Shown: positions 7,340-16,632 of the stretch, in pieces
Numbering within the stretch: the stretch's first letter is position 1
How the letters are laid out: every line of letters starts with the position of its first letter
Assembly (NCBI GenBank): GCA_038736825.1
Contig: JAVYME010000004.1
Span: forward strand, 1 to 32,000
Length of the DNA: 32,000 bases
Reading direction: 5' to 3'
From: Candidatus Iainarchaeum sp.
GTDB lineage: Archaea > Iainarchaeota > Iainarchaeia > Iainarchaeales > DTGL01
Translations under genes and position numbers: made by a program
Notes under the pieces: model-generated
Told to the model about the DNA's origin: nothing
Databases searched by the model: none
The model's input: only the letters and a program-made list of their open reading frames with translations

Positions 7340-8938
7340 TTAAGGGATTTTGCTAATTTCCATTACTGGATTTCCAGCAGGCGAGATTATTGTTTTAAGG
7401 ATTGGGCCTTTTGCTTGTCCCGGTCTTGCAATATACAATGAGTTCGACTCGAGTTGCTGTTGTGCATCTTGCAAAAAAACGTATTTTGAGCCGACGCCAT
7501 GCTGCTTTAGCAGGGCAGGATCAGTTTTTGTGAAGAAGGCTGCAAGGATGTATGGTTGGTCGTACCATTGGCTTAGATCCTGCGAAAAATAAACCTTGCC
7601 ATATTGGCCTTTCACGCTTTCCGAAAAAGAAAAAGCCTCTCCGTAGCCGTACTGGAACCAAGGCCAAGCTTCTTCAGGGTAAGAGAAAAAATAGTGGGAT
7701 TCAAATGAGATGAATTCGAACATTGAAGCAAGCAAAACTAGGCTGAGGGCGGTGAAGGCTGCCTTTTTTGAAATGGTGTCATTTTTAGTTTCAAGTTTTT
7801 CCCAAAGGAATGCCAATGCAATGGCACAGACTAGTTCAAACACTGGGATTGCTGTGATTGCACGGAGAGCGTGAGGCTGTTCTATGCTGCTGGCTGCTGC
7901 AATCGGGAAAACCGCAAGCCAGAAGAGCAAGAGAAAATGTTGCTCTTTATGTTCCCTAATGCATAAAATGATTCCAATTAAAATCAGTGGCAACTGGAAC
8001 CAGTGCAAAACCCCCTCGTGCGGCACTGCATGGCGAAGGTTCCTGTCACCCTCGACGAAAAGGAATTCCGGCTGATAATATGAAAGGTAGTTTTTCGGGT
8101 AAAGGGACTGAAAAACCGCGCTTTTGTCAATCGAATGCTCTTTCGCGTATCGTTCGACAAAGCCCTCGTTGAAAAGCGATGAAGCGATTGCCCTACCCTT
8201 GACCGCGCTTATGTGCTCGCTTGACGAAAGATATTCCAAAAAAAGCGGGGAAACAAGCAAAAGGAAAAGTATAAGGAAAATGGCATAACCTTTAAGGCTT
8301 TCCTTTATTGTTTTGCGATAAATTACTGCAAAGCCAAGAAGGAACACTGGCACAAAAATGTACGCTATGCCATAGGAATAAACAGCAAGTGCAAAGCACG
8401 CAGCTGAAATGAACGCGAAATTAAAATGCTCTTTTGTCTTGATAAGGAAAAAAAAACCTGAAACAAAAAAGAAAGGCATAGTGATCGCCTCGAAGGCAAT
8501 CCTGCTGAAAACCAAGTGCCAAGGCGAAATTGCAAGCAAGGCTGCCGCCGCAAAACCAGCCTTTTCACCGAACATTTTCCTTGCAAGGAAAAAAACAGCG
8601 AGAACAGTAAGCGTAGCATAAAAAGCAGAAACAAGTCTTATCGAAAAAACGCTTAGACCAAAAGCCGCAACAAAAGGTACAGCACTGTAAATGAACACTG
8701 GGTTCTTGAACTCCCCGAACGCCTCGAAATAGAGAGGCAGGAAAGCGCCGTGCTCATCATGACCAGATATGAGGATCGAATAAGCATTGAAGCCATTACT
8801 CGCCTCATCACAGTAAAGACCAGGGGGGACTGAACCCAACGAAAAGGTGCGGAGGGCAAAAGAAAAAAGCACTATTGCTGCAAGCGAGAATTTCCATGAA
8901 AAATGCAAGTGTCGCCCAAAGCACCACAAGTGCCTCAC
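7340..8938 (-). CDS. membrane glycosyltransferase, family 39 / PMT_2 (ArnT/dolichyl-phosphate-mannose-type)
   Basis: About 12 TM helices. First-loop acidic motif GLYCDEASNGFNAYS, then FLARKMFGEKAGFAAAALLAISPWHLVFSR. Soluble C-terminal domain. 4-nt overlap with the upstream paralogous gene. Confidence 0.75.
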   Translation of the reverse strand: MRHLWCFGRHLHFSWKFSLAAIVLFSFALRTFSLGSVPPGLYCDEASNGFNAYSILISGHDEHGAFLPLYFEAFGEFKNPVFIYSAVPFVAAFGLSVFSIRLVSAFYATLTVLAVFFLARKMFGEKAGFAAAALLAISPWHLVFSRIAFEAITMPFFFVSGFFFLIKTKEHFNFAFISAACFALAVYSYGIAYIFVPVFLLGFAVIYRKTIKESLKGYAIFLILFLLLVSPLFLEYLSSSEHISAVKGRAIASSLFNEGFVERYAKEHSIDKSAVFQSLYPKNYLSYYQPEFLFVEGDRNLRHAVPHEGVLHWFQLPLILIGIILCIREHKEQHFLLLFWLAVFPIAAASSIEQPHALRAITAIPVFELVCAIALAFLWEKLETKNDTISKKAAFTALSLVLLASMFEFISFESHYFFSYPEEAWPWFQYGYGEAFSFSESVKGQYGKVYFSQDLSQWYDQPYILAAFFTKTDPALLKQHGVGSKYVFLQDAQQQLESNSLYIARPGQAKGPILKTIISPAGNPVMEISKIP

Positions 8939-10566
8939 CCTAGCTCATAATGATAAATAGTGTTTGCTATTTTTGCTTTTGGTGTTTGCCTTCTCAGCCA
9001 TTCATAGCACTTGTGCTCTGCTGAATCCCTGCCTGTAAGGATTGTTGTGCTGATTGCAATTTTTCCCTTGATTGGCTCACAAGATGGACTGTAAAATGCC
9101 TCTGGAAAATTGCTTGAATTATAGTATGGCCAGCCAAAATAAATAAAGTTCACTTTTTCGATTTTGCTTTCGCGAACAAAATCCATGAAATAATACAAGT
9201 CTTGCCCCCAATCCAAATTTGAGTCTGAAAGTGCAATAGTGGCATTGTTGGAGCCAATGAATTCATTGAAATATGCGAGGTAATGAGGGTAGGCAAGAAG
9301 CGAGGAAAGAGCATGGACTGCTAGGATGATTATTAATGCATGGGAAAAAATTTTGTTTTTGGAAAAATTTTTGCACCTTTTTTCGTCCAAAATTATTCCA
9401 CAAAAAACGAAAAGAAAGGGAAACACTGGAAGCACATAACGGAGACCCAAATAGAATTTGCCGAAAAAGGACACTATTATGAAGAAGGCAATTGCTGGAA
9501 AGAGAACTGCAATTGGTTTCAGTTCCGGTTTCCTTATAAAAAAATAAAATGATGCTGTCAGGAGCACGAGGAAGGGAATTGTTGTTTTCATAAGGAAAGC
9601 CATAAGGAAATATTCGGGAATGTAATTGCGGAATTCTCCAAACAAATAGCCTTCTCTTCCGCTGCTCACCCAGGATTGCATGAAGGAATAACCTTCAAAA
9701 GCCCTAGCTGGAATTAAACCAAAAACATTTGGTTTTTTGTAATTGTCAAAAAAATAAACCGCGTTGAAGAACAGGACTGGAAAAACAAAGAGAAGGAAAA
9801 CAATTGAAAACAAATAGGGAACAGCGCGTTTTCCCTTAAAAGGTTCAATTATTTTTTTTGAAAGTTCTCTGCATTGAAGCAAAATGAAAACCAAAAGCAG
9901 TGGAAAAAAAACCAGTGCTGTGTATTTTGTGAGGATTGCAAGGGAAATGAAAAAAACAGATAGTGAGAGAAATCCCAGTTTTCCGGAGCGCGTGAAAACA
10001 AAAGCAAAATAAAAAGAAGCGAAAACGAAAACCGAGAAAAGCATGTCAAGGGTTGCAATCTGCGAATGAGCTATAATATTGGGCTCGAAAACAAAAAGGA
10101 AAAGTGAAAGCAATCCCGCCTTCCAGCCAAACAATTCCTTGGACCACAAAAAAACCAGTAATGCCAGAAAAACAGTGAGCGCAATAACTACAAGGCGTGC
10201 GCTGAAAACAATTTGGAAAAAATCTTTTGAATTGGTTTCAAAAAAGTCTGCTGCAAAACCATAATAAGCGCCAACATTGCCGTTTTGCCCTGAAAGAAAC
10301 CAGTTTTCTTTCTCCAATGGCAATTGTGGGTTAAGGAAAAGCAATGGCAGCGCTAAAATCGTTTTTCCAAGCACTGGGTGCTCCACATTCACCCTGAAAT
10401 CGCCTGTTTTCAAGTAAGAATAGCCCGCTGGAATGTAAACAGACTCGTCAACCGTAAGGTATTTGTGCAAAACGCTGGAGACAGAAATACACACAAAAAA
10501 GGAAAGAAGCACTGCAACAGAAAAAACAACCAAATGCTTTTTTATAAAGCCAATTTGTTTCTGCAT
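8935..10566 (-). CDS. membrane glycosyltransferase, family 39 / PMT_2-like (second tandem copy)
   Basis: Polytopic membrane protein. First-loop motif LTVDESVYIPAGYSYLKTGDFRVNVEHPVLGK and LWSKELFGWKAGLLSLFLFVFEPNIIAHS, typical of undecaprenyl/dolichyl-phosphate sugar-dependent GT-C enzymes. Confidence 0.75.
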   Translation of the reverse strand: MQKQIGFIKKHLVVFSVAVLLSFFVCISVSSVLHKYLTVDESVYIPAGYSYLKTGDFRVNVEHPVLGKTILALPLLFLNPQLPLEKENWFLSGQNGNVGAYYGFAADFFETNSKDFFQIVFSARLVVIALTVFLALLVFLWSKELFGWKAGLLSLFLFVFEPNIIAHSQIATLDMLFSVFVFASFYFAFVFTRSGKLGFLSLSVFFISLAILTKYTALVFFPLLLVFILLQCRELSKKIIEPFKGKRAVPYLFSIVFLLFVFPVLFFNAVYFFDNYKKPNVFGLIPARAFEGYSFMQSWVSSGREGYLFGEFRNYIPEYFLMAFLMKTTIPFLVLLTASFYFFIRKPELKPIAVLFPAIAFFIIVSFFGKFYLGLRYVLPVFPFLFVFCGIILDEKRCKNFSKNKIFSHALIIILAVHALSSLLAYPHYLAYFNEFIGSNNATIALSDSNLDWGQDLYYFMDFVRESKIEKVNFIYFGWPYYNSSNFPEAFYSPSCEPIKGKIAISTTILTGRDSAEHKCYEWLRRQTPKAKIANTIYHYELG

Positions 10567-10628
10567 TGGATTAGTTTAAAATCAAAGAAATTTTAAAGAA
10601 ATGCAGGCATAGTTTTTTCAGTGAAAGC

Positions 10629-10850
10629 ATGTGTCTTGCAATGCCTGGCAAAATAGTGGAATTAAGGGATAATGGGAAAATTGCAGTGATAGACTATGGT
10701 TTTGAAAAGCGAGAGGCAAACAACGAATTCTTAAAGGCAAAAAAAGGCGAATGGGTTTTAGTGCAGTTCAGGATGACAGTGCAAAAGGTTTCAGAAAAAG
10801 AAGCTCTTGAAGCACTAAAAGAATGGAAAGAAGTCAGCGGACAGAGTTAA
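10629..10850 (+). CDS. hypC: [NiFe]-hydrogenase maturation chaperone HypC/HupF
   Basis: Starts MCLAMPGKIVEL (invariant Cys2 in the MCL(A/G)xPG motif). 73 aa OB-fold size, with GEWVLVQF near the C-terminus. Confidence 0.9.
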   Translation: MCLAMPGKIVELRDNGKIAVIDYGFEKREANNEFLKAKKGEWVLVQFRMTVQKVSEKEALEALKEWKEVSGQS

Positions 10851-11553
10851 CCAACTCCAAATTTTTCATTGTGTATTTTTTAAGGCACTTCAATTGCTTT
10901 TCAGTGATTTCCTCTATTGCATTGTTCCAGTGCACTGAAACAAGAGAACCCTTTTTCAAGCACAAATTGAAAGGGTTTTCAATTGTTTTTGTTTTTTCCC
11001 CCAATTTTAACTCGCCAGCTTCCTTGAACAATCGAATTCCCTTTACTTCAAATCTTCCATTCTTTTCTGCTGTCACTTTTCCCCACCCAACAAGGCACTT
11101 GTCAAGGTTTGAAACAATAGCTGGAAGTTTTGTTGTAATGAATTCAATGTAGAGCACATGAAAAGAATGTTGCGGGAAAGCCTCTCCTGGCAAGCCCGAG
11201 ATTTTTTTCAAGCGAACTGATTCCGGGAGAGAGCGAAATTTTTCATTTATTAGGATTTCAATTTCTTTCCCGGAAATGCCTTCCAGCAATTCAGAGCCAA
11301 GCCAGTAAGCAGTAATCGGCCTTTCGTCAAAAACTGGAAGAGAATGGTGTTTTGCAATCAATTCAATGTATGCGTGCTCGCTTGTGAAAGTTTGAAGAGC
11401 ATTCTTTATTTCCATGGCTTTCTCTGCTTGGGGTTCGGTAATGAAAGAAGTGAAAATTTCCGAAAAAGGTTTTGCCCCGCAATAGCCTAACTCGTTTGGA
11501 ATAAAAGAATACTTGCAGGCTTTTGCAAGCGCAAGCAATTCACTTCCTTGCAA
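10834..11553 (-). CDS. conserved hypothetical protein: N-terminal domain with a PNELGYCG motif fused to a HypC-like C-terminal domain
   Basis: N-terminus: YSFIPNELGYCGAKPF. C-terminal ~85 aa (KCLVGWGKVTAE...KKGSLVSVHWNNAIEEITEKQ) mirrors the neighbouring HypC (MCLAMPGKIVEL...KKGEWVLVQFRMTVQKVSEKE). Overlaps eamA by 14 nt (same operon) and hypC convergently by 17 nt. Confidence 0.5.
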   Translation of the reverse strand: MQGSELLALAKACKYSFIPNELGYCGAKPFSEIFTSFITEPQAEKAMEIKNALQTFTSEHAYIELIAKHHSLPVFDERPITAYWLGSELLEGISGKEIEILINEKFRSLPESVRLKKISGLPGEAFPQHSFHVLYIEFITTKLPAIVSNLDKCLVGWGKVTAEKNGRFEVKGIRLFKEAGELKLGEKTKTIENPFNLCLKKGSLVSVHWNNAIEEITEKQLKCLKKYTMKNLELVNSVR

Positions 11554-12457
11554 CCATAACGCCCCTGAATTTCAAGAAGCGTGAAACAAACGAAAAACCG
11601 GTTATAGAAAAAACCCCTAGTGAAACCAAAAGCAGTCCAAAGCCATCCAGCAAGCCAATCTTGGTTCCAAGAAATACGAAAGAAAGAATTGCAGTGATTG
11701 GTTGCGCTAGCAACAAAATCGAGGAAGCCTTGTGCACTGGCAGAAGCTTTAAGCCGTTATAATAGGTGAAAACATAACCGAAAAGCAAAACAGAGGTTAA
11801 AACAATCCAGCCAATCTGCTCAATTGATAGTGTTCCAGCCAAAAATATTTGCCCGTTAAATGAGAGAAAAGCAAACAAAAACAGTGCTCCAAAAAACATT
11901 CTTCCAAAAGCAACCGTGGAGCCTTCAAGTTCAAATTTTTGCATAACCCTTTTTGCAATTACGTTTTCCAAACCCCACAAAATTGTTGCAGCCAAAACCA
12001 TTATTGCAGAAAAAGAAAAAACCAGCGGAGCTGAAAAAAGGAACAAATTGCCTGCAAGCAGCAAGAATGCGCCGGCAACAAATTTCCAGTCAATTTTTTC
12101 CTTTAAAAAAACTAGTGCAAAAATGGTTGCAAAAACAAAAAGGGTTTTGTGAATGAAACCAGCAAGTGCTGCACCGGTTTGCTGGAGTGCAATAAAAAAC
12201 AATGCAAACGGAATGCTGCCGCCAATTAAACCAATCAATAAAAGGAAGCCAAAAACCCTTTTGTCCAAGATTTTGTGCAAATCCTTGCTTTTGAGCAAAA
12301 CCAAAAGCGAAAAGAGCATTACCGCCACAAGAGAATTCTTTAATGCAGTGAAAAGCACTGGCTCCAAGCCTTTTACTGCAAAGGCATTCAGGAAAATGCT
12401 AAAGCCACTGATTAGGGCAGTAAGCAAAACCAGTGAAATGCCTTTAGAGTTTTCCAT
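11540..12457 (-). CDS. EamA/DMT-superfamily transporter (10 TM)
   Basis: Two EamA-like 5-TM halves with Gly-rich helix ends (LIGLIGGSIPFALFFIALQ, FLLLAGNLFLF). Confidence 0.8.
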   Translation of the reverse strand: MENSKGISLVLLTALISGFSIFLNAFAVKGLEPVLFTALKNSLVAVMLFSLLVLLKSKDLHKILDKRVFGFLLLIGLIGGSIPFALFFIALQQTGAALAGFIHKTLFVFATIFALVFLKEKIDWKFVAGAFLLLAGNLFLFSAPLVFSFSAIMVLAATILWGLENVIAKRVMQKFELEGSTVAFGRMFFGALFLFAFLSFNGQIFLAGTLSIEQIGWIVLTSVLLFGYVFTYYNGLKLLPVHKASSILLLAQPITAILSFVFLGTKIGLLDGFGLLLVSLGVFSITGFSFVSRFLKFRGVMVARK

Positions 12458-12610
12458 ATTCTATGAATGGCGTGAGAAACAAATAAAAAGATTGTCTTGG
12501 CTTGCAGTGAAAAAAAATTTCACGAAGCAAAGTGATGTGTTTTAAACCTTTTGCAGCCTATTTTTTTCTCCTAAATTTGTAAAAAAAAGAATGCATTGGG
12601 GGCAAATTTA

Positions 12611-13123
12611 ATGCTTTTCTTTGTTTGTGCTTTTTTTGCCTTTTTCCTTTACCTAGCCCTAACCGCTGGCTCAGGCAGCATCGGCCTTTGGGCAATAGAA
12701 GAGATCTTGCTTGCTTTAATTTTTTCTCTAGCAGCAGGACTTATTGCTTCAAGGGTTTTTTCAGCTTTGGGCTTTAAGGGCGGAACTGCCTTTCTTAACC
12801 CAAAAAGGTGGGGTTTGTTTTTATTTTATGTTTTTGCAGTATTTTTTCCAGCACTAATAAAAGCAAACCTTGATGTTGCATGGCGTGTTATAACCGGCAA
12901 AATCAATCCAGGCATTGTAAGGATTTCGCCAAAACTTAAAACCGATTTTGGAATGACAATGCTCGCTGACTCCATTACTCTCACGCCTGGCACTTTAAGC
13001 GTTTCCATTGATGACAAGAAAAAAGAACTGTATGTTCACAGCATTTGTCTTTCTGGAAAGGATCCAAAGATTGGGGAAATTTGCGGTTCTTTCCATGAAT
13101 GGGTTCGAAAGGTGGCTGAATGA
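12611..13123 (+). CDS. mbhA: membrane-bound hydrogenase subunit MbhA (MrpE/MnhE-like)
   Basis: MnhE-like pattern (NLDVAWRVITGKINPGIVRI...LADSITLTPGTLSV). First gene of the operon. ATG 12611 is preceded by GGGGG; an alternative TTG lies at 12596. Confidence 0.8.
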   Translation: MLFFVCAFFAFFLYLALTAGSGSIGLWAIEEILLALIFSLAAGLIASRVFSALGFKGGTAFLNPKRWGLFLFYVFAVFFPALIKANLDVAWRVITGKINPGIVRISPKLKTDFGMTMLADSITLTPGTLSVSIDDKKKELYVHSICLSGKDPKIGEICGSFHEWVRKVAE

Positions 13124-13383
13124 TTTTCCTTCCACTGGCAGTCACGGTTTTGGTTTTCTTGATTTTTGTCTGCATTTTAAGGATTTTAAAGGGTCCGACT
13201 GTGCCTGACAGAATGGTTGGAATTGATGCTGCAAGCGGGCTTACAATTAGCGCTCTCATAGTCCTTGGCGCCTTTTACAAGCAGTCTGTTTTTGTGGATG
13301 TTGCAATAGTTTACGCAATTCTTTCGTTTGTTGGAACACTCTTTTTTGCAAGATACCTTGAAGCAAGGGAGGCAAAAAAATGA
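13120..13383 (+). CDS. mbhB: MbhB (MrpF/MnhF-like)
   Basis: 87 aa, 3 TM, with LKGPTVPDRMVGIDA typical of MnhF. ATGA overlap with mbhA. Confidence 0.8.
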   Translation: MIFLPLAVTVLVFLIFVCILRILKGPTVPDRMVGIDAASGLTISALIVLGAFYKQSVFVDVAIVYAILSFVGTLFFARYLEAREAKK

Positions 13384-13718
13384 GCCTTTTATTGTTTTCT
13401 TCTTATGTCTTGATTTTATTCGGGATTTTGTTTCATGCTTTGGGGGCAATCGCTCTTTTCAGGTTTCCTGATGTTTACACTAGAATGCATGGCACTACAA
13501 TGATTACAACGTTTGGCTCAATTTTTGTTGTTTTTGGGGTTTCCCTTTATGGATTCCAGGCTGGCGATTTTGCCCTCATAGTTCATCCCTTGATAGCGCT
13601 TGTTTTCCTCTTGCTTTCAGCGCCAGCGAGCTCGCATGCAATTGCAAGGGCAGCCCACAACAGCGGGGTTTTTCCCAAGCCGGCGATTGTGGACAGACTG
13701 AAGGAGGCAAAAAAGTGA
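13380..13718 (+). CDS. mbhC: MbhC (MrpG/MnhG-like)
   Basis: ALGAIALFRFPDVYTRMHGTT and SAPASSHAIARAA are MnhG signatures. ATGA overlap with the upstream gene. Confidence 0.85.
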   Translation: MSLLLFSSYVLILFGILFHALGAIALFRFPDVYTRMHGTTMITTFGSIFVVFGVSLYGFQAGDFALIVHPLIALVFLLLSAPASSHAIARAAHNSGVFPKPAIVDRLKEAKK

Positions 13719-13960
13719 TTGCTGATATTTTCCATGCACTGGTTTTGCTGGGAGCGCTTTTTTGTGCAATAATGGCTGTCAGGGCAAAAGACCTTTTGAT
13801 TGCTGTTGTCTTGCTTGGAGCAATGAGTCTTTTGGTTGCAACAGAATTTTATATTTTGCAGGCACCGGATGTGGCAATAACTGAAGCTGCAGTTGGAGCC
13901 GGCCTTTCCACTGCAATTTATCTGGTGGCAGTTGAAAAAACCAAGAGGATGGAAGAATGA
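13715..13960 (+). CDS. mbhD: MbhD (DUF4040 / MrpA C-terminal-like)
   Basis: 81 aa, 3 TM, with FYILQAPDVAITEAAVGAGLST typical of DUF4040. GTG start overlaps the mbhC stop (GTGA), with AAGGAGG 8 nt upstream. Confidence 0.75.
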   Translation: MIADIFHALVLLGALFCAIMAVRAKDLLIAVVLLGAMSLLVATEFYILQAPDVAITEAAVGAGLSTAIYLVAVEKTKRMEE

Positions 13961-14223
13961 AGCAATCCGCAAAAGTGGTTGTATTGAGTGTTCTCGCCCT
14001 CTTCCTGTTTTTTACTGCAATCGCAATGAGGTCTTTTGGGGCTCCTAAAAAAACTGCAATGGATGACTATATGATATTGAATGGTCAAAGGGAGACTGCT
14101 GCAAACAATATTGTGGCCGCAATTGTTTTTGATTACAGGGGTTATGATACTCTTGGCGAGGCAACAATTCTTTTCACTGCGGTCAGCGGTGTTTTTTTGC
14201 TGTTCAGGGCGGTGAAAAAATGA
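13957..14223 (+). CDS. mbhE: MbhE (MrpB N-terminal-like)
   Basis: NNIVAAIVFDYRGYDTLGEATILF is the MnhB-type motif. ATGA overlap with the upstream gene. Confidence 0.8.
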   Translation: MKQSAKVVVLSVLALFLFFTAIAMRSFGAPKKTAMDDYMILNGQRETAANNIVAAIVFDYRGYDTLGEATILFTAVSGVFLLFRAVKK

Positions 14224-14699
14224 ACGGTCTTTCCACTATTGTTAGAACGGTTGCTTTAATTTTGTTTGTTCCCGTGCTTGTTTTAGGGTTTTATGTAATA
14301 GCGCATGGGCATCTCACGCCCGGCGGTGGCTTTCAGGGCGGCACAATTATTGCAACATCGCTGGCGCTTGTTTTGGTTGCTTTTGGGGGAGAGCATTTCA
14401 AAAAGGCTGTTTCAAAGGAAACACTGAAAAACCTTGAAAGCATTGGGCTCACGGTTTTCATTGGTGCTGCTTTGTTGGGGCTCGGGGCTACGTTTTTTGC
14501 AAACTTTTTGGCAAACTCTGGGCTTTTGTTTGGGAAAAGCATTGGGTTTGGAGTGAATCCAGGCTATATTAACACTTCTGGCACTATTGCTGTAATGAAT
14601 TTTGCTGTTGGCACTGAAGTTGCTGTTGGTTTATCGCTTGTTTTAATGCTCATGTTTTTTTCCAGTGACAGTGGAATGGAGGGGGGTGAAAAGAAATGA
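14220..14699 (+). CDS. mbhF: MbhF (MrpB/MnhB-like)
   Basis: HGHLTPGGGFQGGTI motif, 4 TM. ATGA overlap with the upstream gene. Confidence 0.8.
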   Translation: MNGLSTIVRTVALILFVPVLVLGFYVIAHGHLTPGGGFQGGTIIATSLALVLVAFGGEHFKKAVSKETLKNLESIGLTVFIGAALLGLGATFFANFLANSGLLFGKSIGFGVNPGYINTSGTIAVMNFAVGTEVAVGLSLVLMLMFFSSDSGMEGGEKK

Positions 14700-15064
14700 T
14701 TTTTGGAAACCTTCCCTTTATTGTTTCTCTTTTAATGATTGTTGTGGGTCTTTCAGCCTTGTTGTTTAAAAAGAATCTCATAAAAATGGCCATAGGGCTT
14801 TCAATAATGGGTTCTGGCATTAATGTTTTCCTTGTTGCCTTGTGTTATCGTGACAACAGCATTGCCCCCATATTCACTAATGCGCCTTTAAGCGATGCTT
14901 CCAAGGCGGCTGCTGAAATGGCTTTGCCTGTCCCGCAAGCCTTAACTCTTACAAGCATTGTGATTAGCCTTGCAGTTACCGCTCTAATGCTTTCTCTCGC
15001 GGTTCTTTCTTACAGGCATTCTGGGACTCTTGATTCAGAGAAATCAAGGAGGCTGAAGGGTTGA
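14696..15064 (+). CDS. mbhG: MbhG (MrpC/MnhC, NuoK-like)
   Basis: 122 aa, 3 TM, with LPVPQALTLTSIVISLAVTA typical of NuoK/MnhC. ATGA overlap with the upstream gene. Confidence 0.8.
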   Translation: MIFGNLPFIVSLLMIVVGLSALLFKKNLIKMAIGLSIMGSGINVFLVALCYRDNSIAPIFTNAPLSDASKAAAEMALPVPQALTLTSIVISLAVTALMLSLAVLSYRHSGTLDSEKSRRLKG

Positions 15065-16632
15065 TGGATTTTATTGCGTTTGTTTTGAATCATGCGCCTG
15101 CGCTTTCAGTGGCTGTGCCATTGTTGAGTGCCTTTCTAATTCCTCTTTTTAAAAAGGAGTGGTTGAAGGCATCCATGGCTTTCACTTTATTATCTTTGCT
15201 TTTCACTGAAATCCTTGTGCTTTCCGTGTTCTTTAGCGTTCTTTCTGGGGGTACAAGGGTTTACACGATGGGTGCTGACATTCCAGGGCGGACTCTGCCT
15301 TCAGGCATGTCTGTGCCTGTAAGGATTATCCTGCAAATAGATGCTCCTTCAGCATTAATGGGCTTGATTGGTGCAACTATTGCGTTGATTGCTGCGTTTT
15401 ATGCCTTGCAGGGCGTGAAGGACAAGGCTGAGGGCAAGTTTTATTGCCTTATGCTTTTAATGCTCTCTGGTTTTATTGGCTTTGTTTTCACTGGGGATTT
15501 CTTTAACTTGTTTGTTTTCTTTGAGATTCTTTCCATTTCTTCTGTTGGCTTGATTGCATTCTGGTTGCACAAGCAAGAGGCAATCGAGGCTGGCTTCAAA
15601 TATCTTTCAATTAGCGCGGTTGCATCTCTTTTTGTTTTGCTGGCAATTGCTTTAATGTATGCACAGCACGGTGTTCTCAACATAGCCGCAATATCTCTTG
15701 AAACTGCAATCTCGGGTTTTGCAATAATTGATGTGATTGCTCTTGGCTTGCTGGTTGCAGGCTTTTTAATGAAGTGCGGCGCGGTTCCAATGCATTACTG
15801 GGTTCCAGATGCTTACGGTGAAGCCCCAGAGGCAATAACTGCAATTCTTGCAGTTGCAACCCAAGCAAGCCTTTATGCACTTTTAAGGGTTTGCTTTACA
15901 ATGTTTGGATCCTTTGAACTGATTGGAATAATTGCTTGGGCAATGATTTTGTTCGGCGTGCTTTCGCTTTTTGTTGGTTCTACAATGTGCTTGCTTCAAA
16001 AAGACTTGAAAAGGCTTATTGCATATGGTGGAATTTCTCAAACCGGTTTTATTCTTGTTGCAATGGGCGCTGGCCTTGCAGCAATAGGCAACCCGGTTTT
16101 TTCAGATTTTGGCTTTAAGGCAATGCAGGGCGGAATCTTTCACATGATAAACCATGCTTTTTATGAAGCTCTTTTGTTCCTTTCAGCAGGCGCAGTAATC
16201 TATGCTGCTGGCACCAAGGATTTGGATGAATTGGGCGGTCTTGCAAGAAAAATGCCTTTCACTGCAATTCTTTTCCTTGTAGGCGCAATTGCAATGGCTG
16301 GCTTGCCTCCATCGAACGGTTTTGCTTCAAAAATCCTGATTTATGAATCAATTTATTATTTCAACCCTTTTTTGGCTGTGATAGCGCTTGTTTCAAGCGT
16401 GATTGTGACTGTTCCGCTTGTTAAGGCTTTTTGCGCAGTTTTTCTCGGACCAGAGGTTAAAACGCTTTCAGGTGCAAGGGAGGCGCCAAAGGCAATGCTG
16501 TTCGCTATGGCGGTTCTTGCATTGATTGTTATATTGCTCGGATTTTTTCCAAGCATTGTAATAGACTTTGTTGCCAAGCCTGCAGCAAAAGCCTTGCTGG
16601 ACTGGGGTTCTTACTGGGGGGCTGTAGTGTGA
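15064..16632 (+). CDS. mbhH: MbhH (MrpD/NuoL-M-N-like antiporter subunit)
   Basis: About 14 TM. KCGAVPMHYWVPDAYGEAP and IAYGGISQTGFIL are signatures of proton-pumping antiporter-like subunits. The ATG overlaps the mbhG stop by 1 nt. Confidence 0.9.
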   Translation: MDFIAFVLNHAPALSVAVPLLSAFLIPLFKKEWLKASMAFTLLSLLFTEILVLSVFFSVLSGGTRVYTMGADIPGRTLPSGMSVPVRIILQIDAPSALMGLIGATIALIAAFYALQGVKDKAEGKFYCLMLLMLSGFIGFVFTGDFFNLFVFFEILSISSVGLIAFWLHKQEAIEAGFKYLSISAVASLFVLLAIALMYAQHGVLNIAAISLETAISGFAIIDVIALGLLVAGFLMKCGAVPMHYWVPDAYGEAPEAITAILAVATQASLYALLRVCFTMFGSFELIGIIAWAMILFGVLSLFVGSTMCLLQKDLKRLIAYGGISQTGFILVAMGAGLAAIGNPVFSDFGFKAMQGGIFHMINHAFYEALLFLSAGAVIYAAGTKDLDELGGLARKMPFTAILFLVGAIAMAGLPPSNGFASKILIYESIYYFNPFLAVIALVSSVIVTVPLVKAFCAVFLGPEVKTLSGAREAPKAMLFAMAVLALIVILLGFFPSIVIDFVAKPAAKALLDWGSYWGAVV

